A stretch of DNA of 64,000 nucleotides from an uncultured Gammaproteobacteria bacterium (GTDB lineage: Bacteria; Patescibacteriota; Microgenomatia; CAYXHB01). The notes under the pieces were generated by a model. The model was given only the letters and a program-made list of their open reading frames with translations. It did no database searches and had not been told where the DNA came from. Numbering within the stretch: position 1 is the first letter of the stretch; the number at the start of each line of letters is the position of its first letter. The DNA lies in the NCBI GenBank assembly GCA_964561945.1, contig CAZLQM010000003.1, positions 1,954-65,953 on the forward strand, read 5' to 3'. Made by a program: the position numbers and the translations under genes. Shown here one piece after another: positions 19,112 through 29,044 of the stretch.

Positions 19112-20395
19112 TTAAATGCTTTTGGGGGCTTGGGTGAGGGTGGTGTCGCCTTTGATAGTTTGGCTACCTTTGCGAGGAAGAGTAAAGGTAAAAGTTGTAC
19201 CTTTGTCTGAAGATGTAAATGAAATCTCGCCTCCTGAAGCATTGATGATCATTTTGACAAGATATAGGCCTAGGCCTGTGCCCTCAATATCTTGGGAAAC
19301 TACATTGGAGGCTCGATAGAAACGACTGAAGATTTGGGGTTGGTCTTCTATGGGGATTCCCATGCCTGCGTCTTGGATATTGAAAATTATGTCATTATCT
19401 TTGCGAGTAATTGAGATTTGGATGGTGCTTTTGGGTGGGGAATATTTACTGGCATTAGAGAGTAAATTGAGGATAACCTCACGAATGAGCATGGGATCAA
19501 CGTTGAGCGTTTTGGGGACTTTGGTGGTGATTTCAAGAGAAATTTTTTGGTGTTTGGATTTGAAATTGTGGGATAGTTCTGATTGGATGTCTTGGAGTAA
19601 TTCTTCCAAATTAGTGGGGCGGGGAGTGACTGAGACTCTGCCGGATTCAAGTCGAGAAATATTGAGGAGATCGTTAACTAGGCGGATTTGGCGGATGGTG
19701 CTTTGGGACAGATGGGAGACAATTTCTAATTGTTTGGGATTGAGAGGACCGGTTTGGGTTTTGCGGAGTCTTTCGATTAGCCATTTGGAAGCGGTTAAAG
19801 GAGTGCGTAATTGATGGGAAGCAAGAGATACGAATTCTGACTTCATTTGGTCGGATAGTTGCTCTTCAGTGACGTCACGTCCGTAGATGTTGACTTGTGA
19901 TTTGGAAATTGGGACTATGAGAAGAGAGATGATCTGGGTTTGGAGTTGGAATTGATAAGTTCTGTAAAGATTGGATTTGAGGGATTGAGTGATGGTTTCT
20001 TGGAGGTCTTTGGGAATGGTGTGTTTGTGATGTTTAGCCCAAAAGGTGAGGAGCTCTTTGCCTGGGGGATTGGAATAGGTTATTTGCATATCGTTAACTT
20101 TGAACATGGGATAAGGATATTTGGAGACGAGGTCTATTTTGGTGGTATTGTGTTTGGATTGGGTTTGGGGGGATTGTTTGAAATACAAAATTAGTAAGAT
20201 AGTTATGGCGCTGATGGTGAGGAGATTCATGGCTACGAGGAAACCAAAAAGAAGTTGGGCTCCTTGGGCGGTGAGCATAGCTCGGTAAGCATTAGAAAGT
20301 TGGATGTTAATAGCGATATGATAAGCCCAGAGTGAGGTGAGAATTGCTATTTGCCAGGAATATTTGCGGATAAATTTGAGGAATTTGTGAGTCAT
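19112..20395 (-). CDS. membrane sensor histidine kinase
   Basis: N-terminal TM helices; HisKA H-box ASHQLRTPLT; HATPase N/G boxes NLLSNASKYSP and GTGLGLYLVK. Confidence 0.8.
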   Translation of the reverse strand: MTHKFLKFIRKYSWQIAILTSLWAYHIAINIQLSNAYRAMLTAQGAQLLFGFLVAMNLLTISAITILLILYFKQSPQTQSKHNTTKIDLVSKYPYPMFKVNDMQITYSNPPGKELLTFWAKHHKHTIPKDLQETITQSLKSNLYRTYQFQLQTQIISLLIVPISKSQVNIYGRDVTEEQLSDQMKSEFVSLASHQLRTPLTASKWLIERLRKTQTGPLNPKQLEIVSHLSQSTIRQIRLVNDLLNISRLESGRVSVTPRPTNLEELLQDIQSELSHNFKSKHQKISLEITTKVPKTLNVDPMLIREVILNLLSNASKYSPPKSTIQISITRKDNDIIFNIQDAGMGIPIEDQPQIFSRFYRASNVVSQDIEGTGLGLYLVKMIINASGGEISFTSSDKGTTFTFTLPRKGSQTIKGDTTLTQAPKSI

Positions 20396-20490
20396 GGGAG
20401 ATTTAGATGAACTTAAGCTAGTTGGCTTATATTATGAGGATTTGTAGGCGTAACTGCAATTATTAGCGGGTTTTGATGTGGGGAAGTGAG

Positions 20491-21123
20491 TTAATTAGAG
20501 GAGTTTTGGTTTAAAGATTGTTGGTAATTCTCGATTAATTCTAAGATCCTTGGCATGATTATTTCGTGTGGTTTGATGTGAGGAGCGGTAATGCTGTCAG
20601 GATCGAAAAGTCCAAATTCATGAAGTTCTGCCAATGTTTGTAAATTTATGCCTGCGAGCATGAGATATTTTTCGTGTATTGTACCTCTTAGTTGTTGGGC
20701 GAGGATTTCTTGTTCGATATATACCAAGGTTTTACTATTAAAAACATGAGGTTCGTGGCTTTTAAGGGCATCAATTCCATATGCGCCACTACCACGAAAA
20801 ATTCTCATAGTTCTATTAAAAGCGGTGTGAGCCAATTCACTTGGTGGTTCATCTGGACTGGAGGTGCGGAGGTTTTGGAAGAAAGCGTTGAAGCAGTCTG
20901 CAAAATTGCCACCGGCAAGACGCTCTTTTATGGCTGCTAGATAATTTCCGTTGGTGGGACGATCTATACCGAACAATGATTTGAAAGCTGAGGTTTCCCA
21001 TGCGATAGCTCCAGCTTCGGCCATGACGCTACCTCTGTCACTACCGACATTGTCTGTGAGACTAATTCCAATAGTGCTTTTGTTGATGTGTTGAAGAATA
21101 TGAACAATTTCGTGATCTAACAA
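20491..21123 (-). CDS. HExxH-motif protein; the frame stays open upstream to 21426, so probably the C-terminal part of a larger frameshifted gene
   Basis: HEIVHILQH near the annotated TTG start; about 100 further in-frame sense codons upstream with no ATG/GTG/TTG. Confidence 0.4.
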   Translation of the reverse strand: MLDHEIVHILQHINKSTIGISLTDNVGSDRGSVMAEAGAIAWETSAFKSLFGIDRPTNGNYLAAIKERLAGGNFADCFNAFFQNLRTSSPDEPPSELAHTAFNRTMRIFRGSGAYGIDALKSHEPHVFNSKTLVYIEQEILAQQLRGTIHEKYLMLAGINLQTLAELHEFGLFDPDSITAPHIKPHEIIMPRILELIENYQQSLNQNSSN

Positions 21124-21401
21124 TGGTAAGGCACCTGTCGGGCTGAGCGAATTTAGTTTTCGAGATAAACTTTGGGGAATTAGTAACCTACGTGTTTTGG
21201 GAAGGTATCCTACGGTTTGGCGTTTGGAACTGATTTCAACTTGGACGTCGGAGATTTGATAGTTTTTGAGGACTTGTTCGGCTAAGTTTTTGAATTCATC
21301 AGCATTTATGGTGAGTGTATCTAGGATTTCGGGTGGTATATTTGAGAGAATACCTATAGTGTCGGGATTTGGAGGTTGCTCTAATGTATTGATTAATAGT
21401 T

Positions 21402-22382
21402 CTATTTGAGGAGCAAAACCCCAAAGTCATGGTTTGGTTCGTTGGTTGCAGATCCGTGGATGAATTTATCTCGTCGTGATATTTGACGTGAAGAGGTTTG
21501 GTGAGTGTTGTTTGTTAATTCTAGTGGAAGGGGGATATCTGCGGTGAGACATTGTCGTGCATAAATATCAGCATAATTACCTGATTCCGCCAAGAGAACG
21601 TTAATTCTTCTTCTATGAATGTTGAGCATGGTTATTTTGGCAAGAGAGGTAACAGTGTCATCACCTTTGAGTTCTTTGGTTTTTGCTTTGTTTATGCGTT
21701 TGAGAGATTTGAGCTGGTTGATTTTTTGGATTAGTTCATCTGGATTACGAATGACAGAAAATCTATGAGGAAGAGGGATATTATTTGTTTGGAAATTGTT
21801 CTGTTCTAAGTTTTTGATAAATTCTTCTTGTGCGTGTTTTTCGCTATCACCTTCGAGTTGGGATAATTGTTTAATTTGGTTTTGGGTTAATTGAGCATAG
21901 TCGTATCTACTTAAGAATTGACTGATATCTTGGATGTTAGCAAAGTCTAATTTATCAATTGGTTGATTTAATGTTTGTGACAATTGTTGTTTGCCTTGAT
22001 CGGTTAGGAAGTATTCTAGGAAAAAATTAGAAGCTTGGATGGTTATAGCATAGGTTGATTCTAGGCTGGGAGTTTGAAGTGTTTCTCCGGTGGGGAACGT
22101 ATGAGTAAGGTATCCAAGGGGTATGGCTTCTTGGGTATCAGAATTAATTGAGGTTGACCCACATGTAAGTTCATGCTCAAATGTGAGGACTTGATCTTTT
22201 TCTTCTGGAGTTAGAGAGAACTTGGGTTCTTGAGATAGGGTTTCTAGGTAAGATTCGATTGCAATTGCTGGACGTTCTGGGTAAGGGTAGTAACGAGATT
22301 CGGGGTGCACTATGTGATTATATAATATTATGTATCTTTGTGATAAGTTGACTAATTTCTGGTTGGAGTTGATTATGTTCAT
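21402..22382 (-). CDS. hypothetical protein (probable N-terminal part of the frameshifted gene)
   Basis: 326 aa; ends inside a GGGGTTTT homopolymer region where the downstream frame is open. Confidence 0.4.
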   Translation of the reverse strand: MNIINSNQKLVNLSQRYIILYNHIVHPESRYYPYPERPAIAIESYLETLSQEPKFSLTPEEKDQVLTFEHELTCGSTSINSDTQEAIPLGYLTHTFPTGETLQTPSLESTYAITIQASNFFLEYFLTDQGKQQLSQTLNQPIDKLDFANIQDISQFLSRYDYAQLTQNQIKQLSQLEGDSEKHAQEEFIKNLEQNNFQTNNIPLPHRFSVIRNPDELIQKINQLKSLKRINKAKTKELKGDDTVTSLAKITMLNIHRRRINVLLAESGNYADIYARQCLTADIPLPLELTNNTHQTSSRQISRRDKFIHGSATNEPNHDFGVLLLK

Positions 22383-23679
22383 TTAGAGATTTGGTAGGAA
22401 TGAGCATTTTGAGATATCGTTTACCCGGTTTAATTAATGCGTTAGGATTTGGCGTTTCATAAAGGAAGTATTGATAAGGAGTCAATTTAGGAAAAAGTGG
22501 GTTAGGATGGTTGGATGTCTTTGAAGGTGGAGCACTTGGGTCTTGAATAGAGTAAATGCCTGATTTGATAATATTTGGTTTTATTGGTTGGGCGTATGAA
22601 TTATAAAAAATTAAATATGAGAGAGTTGGGGGGTCGAAATTTATTGAATTAATTTTATCGAGTTGATTTGTGGTAAGTTTATAGGGAATTTGGAGGTGTT
22701 CAAGAATGTGGAGATATTGGAGGGGGATTGTGTTTTTATTGATTTGAATGGCAGTTAAAATCGGAGTCATATCTGTTAAGCGAGCATTAATCTCGATGAT
22801 ATATATTTGGTTATCTGATGTTTTGATAGCATCAATCCCAAAGATTCCTAAATATCCGTATTGAAACATTATTTTTCCTGCTACTTGAGCTTGATTTTGG
22901 AGGAATTGAATATCTTGTTTGGTAAAATCATTTGGAGACCATTGTCCTCCACAAAATTGTGATGATCCTAATTTCGTTGTGTTGCAGAGTTCTGGTTGGG
23001 AAATTATTTGTTTTTGGATGCCAGAGGTTAGAGTACCGTAGTTGCTGGTGTTGCAAGCTTGAATACTTATTGAGCTTCCTTGAATAAATTTGGAGATGAT
23101 GAGAGGATTATTTTGAGTTTGAGTACTTAGATTATTGAGTGAGTTTTGGAATTCTTGGTAGCTATTGATTATATAAGTTCCTCTTCCTCCACTTAACATT
23201 GAATGTTGGATAACAAATTTGCCATATTTAGAATTTAAAGTTTTGAATTTTTGCAGGGGTGATTGGATTAGATTCGGGAGATATATAAATTCAAAAGGGG
23301 GAAATTTGAGATTGGGAATGGTTTGTCTAACTTTTGATTTGTTTTCGAATTTTTTATATATTTTGTAGTTGTTTTGGAGTATTGGAATATTTAATTTTAG
23401 GGGAGTTGGCTTGTATAGAATAACAGCTGTAATTGCAAGTTTGTGGAGCATTTTTGTGATTTGAGGGTTTAGAAATATTGTTTCTGTTTTGGCGTTAGAT
23501 GTGTTTACTAGATGATGAACTTTATCGAGATTGGGGTATTGGGATATCCAGTTTGCAGGTTTGGTGGTGATAATGGAATAGTTGTTAAGAATTGTTTCTA
23601 GTCCAGTACGGTCTGAGAATTTGAGACCAACTCCAACGATTTTGTGTTTTTGTAATTGCAGAAGAGAGGGGAGGTACAT
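22318..23679 (-). CDS. ATP-grasp family protein (putative peptide/amide ligase)
   Basis: 453 aa; GIFGIDAIK...IYIIEINARLT resembles the ATP-grasp C-terminal catalytic motif. Confidence 0.5.
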   Translation of the reverse strand: MYLPSLLQLQKHKIVGVGLKFSDRTGLETILNNYSIITTKPANWISQYPNLDKVHHLVNTSNAKTETIFLNPQITKMLHKLAITAVILYKPTPLKLNIPILQNNYKIYKKFENKSKVRQTIPNLKFPPFEFIYLPNLIQSPLQKFKTLNSKYGKFVIQHSMLSGGRGTYIINSYQEFQNSLNNLSTQTQNNPLIISKFIQGSSISIQACNTSNYGTLTSGIQKQIISQPELCNTTKLGSSQFCGGQWSPNDFTKQDIQFLQNQAQVAGKIMFQYGYLGIFGIDAIKTSDNQIYIIEINARLTDMTPILTAIQINKNTIPLQYLHILEHLQIPYKLTTNQLDKINSINFDPPTLSYLIFYNSYAQPIKPNIIKSGIYSIQDPSAPPSKTSNHPNPLFPKLTPYQYFLYETPNPNALIKPGKRYLKMLIPTKSLNEHNQLQPEISQLITKIHNII

Positions 23680-23759
23680 ACATTAATAGAATTGGTAAGT
23701 TTTATTTTGTTGGTGATTTGGAATTGGGGTATTGTATCAAAACTTGAGTGGATGATTAA

Positions 23760-24317
23760 CTAAGTTTTGAGATGGGTGATTTGGTTGATGAGCATGGTTC
23801 GGTCCCAGAGTTCGATTTGGTTGGCTGTGGCCAATTCTTTGGCGGCACGGGTGAAGTAACTGTTGGTTACGACGATGCCTCGATCGGCCTTGTAGTAACC
23901 TTTGGCACCAATTGTTTGTTGTATAGCTTCGATGCCGACGGTTTGGTCGTAGCGTTTGGCTTGGACGACGATAGTTTGGCCGTCGCGTTCGAGGAGTAGA
24001 TCGCATCCAAAATCGCCAGTGTCACCGATGTTAGTGCTTTTAAATTTAAGTTGTTGGAAAAGCCAGTGAAGATAGTCTTCGAATCGAGATCCTTCCATAC
24101 GGTCAATATCGCGGATACCTGAACGGATGAGCTTGAGGTGTCTGCGGATGTGGATGGTGACTTGTAGGATAATTACAATTAAGGGAACAATCCAAAGTGG
24201 CCAGAGGCGTGGAAGTGTGTATGTAAAGAATACTTTGATATATTGATTTATATTAAGATTGGTTAAGTCAGAGAATGATTGATTTATTTGAGATGTGTAG
24301 TTTTCAATTGTGGGCAT
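23760..24317 (-). CDS. membrane-anchored restriction-endonuclease-like (Mrr_cat, PD-(D/E)xK) domain protein
   Basis: N-terminal TM helix; DTGDFGCDLLLERDGQTIVVQAKRY matches the Mrr catalytic core pattern (D...D/E.K, QxKRY). Confidence 0.55.
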   Translation of the reverse strand: MPTIENYTSQINQSFSDLTNLNINQYIKVFFTYTLPRLWPLWIVPLIVIILQVTIHIRRHLKLIRSGIRDIDRMEGSRFEDYLHWLFQQLKFKSTNIGDTGDFGCDLLLERDGQTIVVQAKRYDQTVGIEAIQQTIGAKGYYKADRGIVVTNSYFTRAAKELATANQIELWDRTMLINQITHLKT

Positions 24318-24445
24318 AGTGAGTGTGATGTTAAAAATAGGATTACTTAATATTGACTATATCAATTAGTTGGGGTGGACGTGAAGATAGAGTGGTTTAA
24401 CTTCAAATTCTGATTGAAGTTTGGGAATTTTAAATTGCGAAGTAA

Positions 24446-25579
24446 TTATTTGGGTGGAGTATTGAGATCGTAGAGGATTTTGAGATTTTTAAGAAATGAG
24501 GGGTTATTAGGGGAGATTGGTTGTGTGAATTGTTGGAGTTCTTGGAGACTGGCTTTGCCGTTCCAAGCATAATTTAGAAGATCTGGATCGTTGAGTATTT
24601 GTTGAATGACTGATAGAGTCCATTGAAAATATAGGTCTTTGGTTAGAGCTCCGGGTTGAGTAGTGTCGGAGAGGCCTCTTTTGGCTCTAAAAGTTAGATT
24701 CCAGAGAGTATTTTTATTATGGGTAAAGGTTTGAAGATATTTAAAGGTTTGTGAGAATGAATGTTCTAGGGCAAAGTTGATGGTGATAAGTGATAGGGCT
24801 GTTTTGCGTAAATGGGTTTGGGGGTTGTTAGCACGGCTAGTAATTATGGCGATGCCTTCTTCATCTTGGAAGTAGCGGGCGGTACCGTACTTAAATATTT
24901 GGTAGGGATTTTTATTCCCATTAGATAATCGGAGGAGATGTGTACCAATTTCGTGTTCGAGAGAGATATTTAATTTATTTTGGGTGCGACGAATAAGATG
25001 TGGAATTTTGATTTTGCCAAGACGAGTAATGGAGAGAATATTTTTGGTATTTTTGTGGACGCTGATAGGAGCGGTGAGATTGTATTTTCGGAGAACTTGA
25101 TTGGTGGTTTGAATAATTTGATCAAGGGTCAAATTGGGATTTGAGGTGCGGGGTTTTTTGGGAAGTTGGAGGACATAGAGAGCGTCTTTGATAAATTGAG
25201 GTTCGGGGTGACCGTAAATTTTAATTGATAAATTAGTAAACTGACTTGGTTCTTGGCCTATTTGATTAATTAAATCAAGGACAAGTAGGCATTCTTGGAG
25301 TCTGTTTAAATAGAGTTTCCCAATATCAGTATTTGGGATTTTGGGGAGAAGATTATTTATATCTTGGCGGTATTGGTCTAAGTTGGCTTTGAGTGGGCGA
25401 TACTGAAATTGAGGATTGTAGGTAAAGTTTGATTGGAAGAATTTGCGTTTTTCTTCAAGTAGGTTTATTGGGCGGGTGGCTTTGATTATTGATATGTGAG
25501 ATACGAATTTTTTTAGAAAATTATCTAGCTTGGTATAAATGGGATCAATTGGCATATGGTGATTATATATTATTCTCAT
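24446..25579 (-). CDS. DUF1704-like zincin (QEGLA-motif family, tyrosine/phenylalanine carboxypeptidase-like)
   Basis: HEIGTHLLR HExxH motif plus FQDEEGIAI resembling the QEGLA signature; this family commonly pairs with ATP-grasp ligases. Confidence 0.45.
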   Translation of the reverse strand: MRIIYNHHMPIDPIYTKLDNFLKKFVSHISIIKATRPINLLEEKRKFFQSNFTYNPQFQYRPLKANLDQYRQDINNLLPKIPNTDIGKLYLNRLQECLLVLDLINQIGQEPSQFTNLSIKIYGHPEPQFIKDALYVLQLPKKPRTSNPNLTLDQIIQTTNQVLRKYNLTAPISVHKNTKNILSITRLGKIKIPHLIRRTQNKLNISLEHEIGTHLLRLSNGNKNPYQIFKYGTARYFQDEEGIAIITSRANNPQTHLRKTALSLITINFALEHSFSQTFKYLQTFTHNKNTLWNLTFRAKRGLSDTTQPGALTKDLYFQWTLSVIQQILNDPDLLNYAWNGKASLQELQQFTQPISPNNPSFLKNLKILYDLNTPPK

Positions 25580-25602
25580 TGGAGAGCGTGTGTGATAAGT
25601 CT

Positions 25603-26574
25603 ATGATTTATAATTCAATCGATATGTTTAATATTTGGCAGGAATTACCTAGGCCTTTGGTTGTAATGGCACCGATGGAAGGGGTGACTGATATTGCTTT
25701 TCGGCAGTTGATTGATGAGATTGGTCGGCCAGATTTGAAGTTTAGTGAGTTTGTAAATGCGACGGGGATGTTTTCGCGAGGGAGTAGGAGTGTGATGATG
25801 AGTTTGGAGTATGAGCAGAGTGAGAAGCCTTTGGTGGCTCAGTTGTGGGGAACTAATATTGATGATTTTCGTAAAGCAGCTGGATTAGTAGCAGAGAAGG
25901 GTTTTGATGGAGTAGATATAAATATGGGATGTCCAGTGCGCAAGATCATTAATAAGGGAAGTTGTAGTGCATTGATTAAAAATAAGTCATTAGCGCAAGA
26001 GATAATTAAGGCGGTTAAAGAGGGTGTGGGTGGGCGGATTCCTGTGTCGGTAAAAACTAGAATTGGGTTTGATCAAATCGTGACCGATGAGTGGATTAGT
26101 TTTTTGCTTGAGTGTGGGATTGATGTGTTGACAGTTCATGGACGGACTACGGATGAGATGTCGAGTGTGCCGTGTCATTGGGATGAAATTGGCAGAGCGG
26201 TGGAAATACGTAATCAAATGGGTGTTAATACCTTGATCATTGGGAATGGAGATGTAGAGAGTTTGGATCAGGTGAAGCAAAAGGTCAGTGAGTATGGAGT
26301 GGATGGAGTTATGATTGGTAGGGGAGTGTTGCATAATCCTTGGGTGTTTGAGGGGAGTAAGTTCGAGGATCACACTAAGGAAGAAAAGATAAATTTGTTG
26401 CGTAGACACGCAGAGTTATTTTTTAGGTATTGGCCAAATGATGAGTGTCCTTTTGTGGTGCTGCGAAGATTTTTTAAGATTTATTTGCGAGGATTTGTTA
26501 ATGCTAATGAGTTGCGAGATCAAGTGATGAGTGCAAGAAGTTGGGAAGAGGTAGAAAGAATATTAGGGGAGTGA
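25603..26574 (+). CDS. dus: tRNA-dihydrouridine synthase
   Basis: VVMAPMEGVTDIAFRQL and NMGCPVRKI motifs of the Dus family; ATG 25603 avoids overlapping the upstream convergent gene (the ORF track starts at TTG 25489). Confidence 0.85.
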   Translation: MIYNSIDMFNIWQELPRPLVVMAPMEGVTDIAFRQLIDEIGRPDLKFSEFVNATGMFSRGSRSVMMSLEYEQSEKPLVAQLWGTNIDDFRKAAGLVAEKGFDGVDINMGCPVRKIINKGSCSALIKNKSLAQEIIKAVKEGVGGRIPVSVKTRIGFDQIVTDEWISFLLECGIDVLTVHGRTTDEMSSVPCHWDEIGRAVEIRNQMGVNTLIIGNGDVESLDQVKQKVSEYGVDGVMIGRGVLHNPWVFEGSKFEDHTKEEKINLLRRHAELFFRYWPNDECPFVVLRRFFKIYLRGFVNANELRDQVMSARSWEEVERILGE

Positions 26575-26605
26575 TAAGTGAGAATTTAAATATTAAAATA
26601 GATGT

Positions 26606-27358
26606 GTGGCAAATTTTATACCTTTTAAAAAATATTTTCTTTATTGTTTGAAGAAATATAGTGAGAAATATGATTTCCAATCGCCTTTTTTGGATATTGG
26701 CTGTGGTATTGGTGATGTAAGTTTGTTTTTAGGACAAAATGGCTATAGTGGAGAAGCAATAGATTTGTCTATTGATGCTTTGGATAAAGCAAAATGTATT
26801 TTATTTGATTATCAGGTAAGAGTACATGAAGTAGATTTTATGGATCATAAAGGTAAATATAATTTAATTATTTTTTTTGATGTGATGGAGCATATTGAAG
26901 ATGATATGAAAGCTCTGAAGAAAATATATAAACTTTTAAATAAAGGAGGGTATTTGATAATTACAACACCAAGTAATAAGCGTGAGTGGGGTTGGGATGA
27001 TCGATTTTACGGTCATTATAGAAGGTATTCAATTGAGGAAGTTAGAAATAAGTTGCATAAAAGTAAGTTTGGAATTTTTGAAATTATCGATGTGTCATTT
27101 CCTGTGTTTTGGATGATGAGGAAGTTTTTTGTTTTTTTAGGTTTGAAGAGAAATTCTAGCGTTTATAAGAAAGAGTTTCAAAAACGTACAGTTGATAGTA
27201 CAGCAAATGATGCGTGGAAAATTCCTGTCATCTCAACTCTGATTAATAGAGAGTCTATAGTTTGGAGAGTTATTTATTTTATACAATATACTTTTTTTAA
27301 GAAATTTACAGTTTTAGGTAGCGAAATTATGATTATTGCTAAGAAATATGAGAATTAA
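26606..27358 (+). CDS. class I SAM-dependent methyltransferase
   Basis: LDIGCGIGD motif I. Confidence 0.7.
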   Translation: MANFIPFKKYFLYCLKKYSEKYDFQSPFLDIGCGIGDVSLFLGQNGYSGEAIDLSIDALDKAKCILFDYQVRVHEVDFMDHKGKYNLIIFFDVMEHIEDDMKALKKIYKLLNKGGYLIITTPSNKREWGWDDRFYGHYRRYSIEEVRNKLHKSKFGIFEIIDVSFPVFWMMRKFFVFLGLKRNSSVYKKEFQKRTVDSTANDAWKIPVISTLINRESIVWRVIYFIQYTFFKKFTVLGSEIMIIAKKYEN

Positions 27359-28322
27359 AGTGAATCGGGCGTGTATATTGTGTGATGGGCGGAAATTTGT
27401 GAATTTGTATTCGAGTTATGATTATTTGACATGTAAATCTTATTTGGTTGAAAAATGTTCTAAGTGTGAATTGGTGAGAACTAAAATTAATGGAAAAGTA
27501 AGTGTGAGCCAAATATATCCGGTGGAATATTATGGTAATAAAGGGTCTAGATTTGGAGTTTTTTTGGAAATATTAGTTAAGTATTTTAGGTATCAAAGAG
27601 CAAATTTTATAGATTATGTAGTAAGGATTAATTCTAAGTCAATTTTAGATTGTGGCTGTGGAAGAGGAATTATGCTTGATCATCTTAAAAATAGAGGTTG
27701 GAGTGTGTGTGGTACTGAAATTGATTCTGTTTTAGTTGATGCTTTGAAAAGTAAAGGGATTGATGTATTTGAGACTGATAGTGTTAGTTCTTTAGGAAAT
27801 AAACCAAGATTTAAGGTTGTGTCGTTATTTCATGTTTTGGAACATTTATCAAATCCTAAGGTTGAGCTTGGTTATATTTATAATTTACTTGAAGATGATG
27901 GGTTATTAGTGGTAGAAGTACCGAATTTGGGAAGTTTCCAAGCAAAAATATCAAGAGGAAAGTGGTTTCATTTAGATGTACCAAGACATATAAGTCATTT
28001 TGAGTTAAAGACTTTGAAAGCTTTAGTTGAATCTACTGGCTTTGAAATATGTTCGATAACTACTCACTCATGGGAATATGGGTATTTTGGATTGTTGCAA
28101 AGTTTACAGAATATTTTGTCTTCGGATGGTCAGTCAAATGCTTTTTATAATAATTTGCATGTTAACAAGGGGAAAAGTATTAATAATCGCAAGAATTTGG
28201 TTTTTGGGTTGATACTGTCTTTTATTTTGTTACCTATTGTTTTTGTTTTGGAGAGTATCTTTTCGTTGGTTGGACGAGGTGGGGCGCTTCGGTTGGTTGC
28301 TAAAAAGAGGGAAATTAAATAA
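27336..28322 (+). CDS. class I SAM-dependent methyltransferase with N-terminal Cys4 zinc ribbon and C-terminal TM helix
   Basis: CILCDG...CSKCE; ILDCGCGRG motif I; hydrophobic tail. Confidence 0.7.
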   Translation: MLRNMRIKVNRACILCDGRKFVNLYSSYDYLTCKSYLVEKCSKCELVRTKINGKVSVSQIYPVEYYGNKGSRFGVFLEILVKYFRYQRANFIDYVVRINSKSILDCGCGRGIMLDHLKNRGWSVCGTEIDSVLVDALKSKGIDVFETDSVSSLGNKPRFKVVSLFHVLEHLSNPKVELGYIYNLLEDDGLLVVEVPNLGSFQAKISRGKWFHLDVPRHISHFELKTLKALVESTGFEICSITTHSWEYGYFGLLQSLQNILSSDGQSNAFYNNLHVNKGKSINNRKNLVFGLILSFILLPIVFVLESIFSLVGRGGALRLVAKKREIK

Positions 28323-29036
28323 TTTAAGTTTATGGAGTTTGAATTGTATTCCTACACGTAAGATTCCCAGCCCATATTTTAGACTACGTCTAAAGTTAAT
28401 TGAGGAAGCGTCAGGGTGGTAGCTGGTGGGACAGGAAATTTCTCCTATTCTGAATCCATGATAAATTGATTGAGCTAGTAGTTCGTTATCAAAAATGAAG
28501 TCATCTGAGTTAGCAGAAAAGTTAATTTTTTTAAGAACGTCACTTGTGTATGCTCTGAAACCTGTGTGATATTCGGATATTTTGTAATTAAATATTATGT
28601 TGGAATATAGGGTTAACAATCTATTAAATAGATATTTCCACCATGGCATTTGTTTGATTCGTAGAGTTTGATCTCCTATTATTCTGGAAGCAAGAATAAT
28701 GTCGTAGTGGCCAGAAATAAGCATTGCTGCCATGGCGGTTGTTAAAAGGGGTGAGTATTGGTAGTCAGCGTGAATCATAATTATGATATCCGCATTTTGT
28801 TTAAGTGCCGTTTGATAGCAAGTTTTTTGGTTGGCGCCATAACCTTGGTTTTGGGAGTGGCAGATATATTGAACTGGAAGTTTTCTTGCTATTCGAGCAG
28901 TCTTGTCCTGACTGTGATCATCAACTACAATAATTTTGTCTACAATGTTATTAGGTATTTCATCAATAGTTTTCTTGAGAGTTTTTTCTGCATTATATGC
29001 GGGCATGACGACAATAATTTTTTGGTTCTTTAGCAT
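28230..29036 (-). CDS. family 2 glycosyltransferase
   Basis: IIVVMPAYNAEKTL...IIVVDDHSQD GT2 signature (DxD). Confidence 0.8.
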   Translation of the reverse strand: MLKNQKIIVVMPAYNAEKTLKKTIDEIPNNIVDKIIVVDDHSQDKTARIARKLPVQYICHSQNQGYGANQKTCYQTALKQNADIIIMIHADYQYSPLLTTAMAAMLISGHYDIILASRIIGDQTLRIKQMPWWKYLFNRLLTLYSNIIFNYKISEYHTGFRAYTSDVLKKINFSANSDDFIFDNELLAQSIYHGFRIGEISCPTSYHPDASSINFRRSLKYGLGILRVGIQFKLHKLKLFNFPLFSNQPKRPTSSNQRKDTLQNKNNR

Positions 29037-29044
29037 ATAATTAA

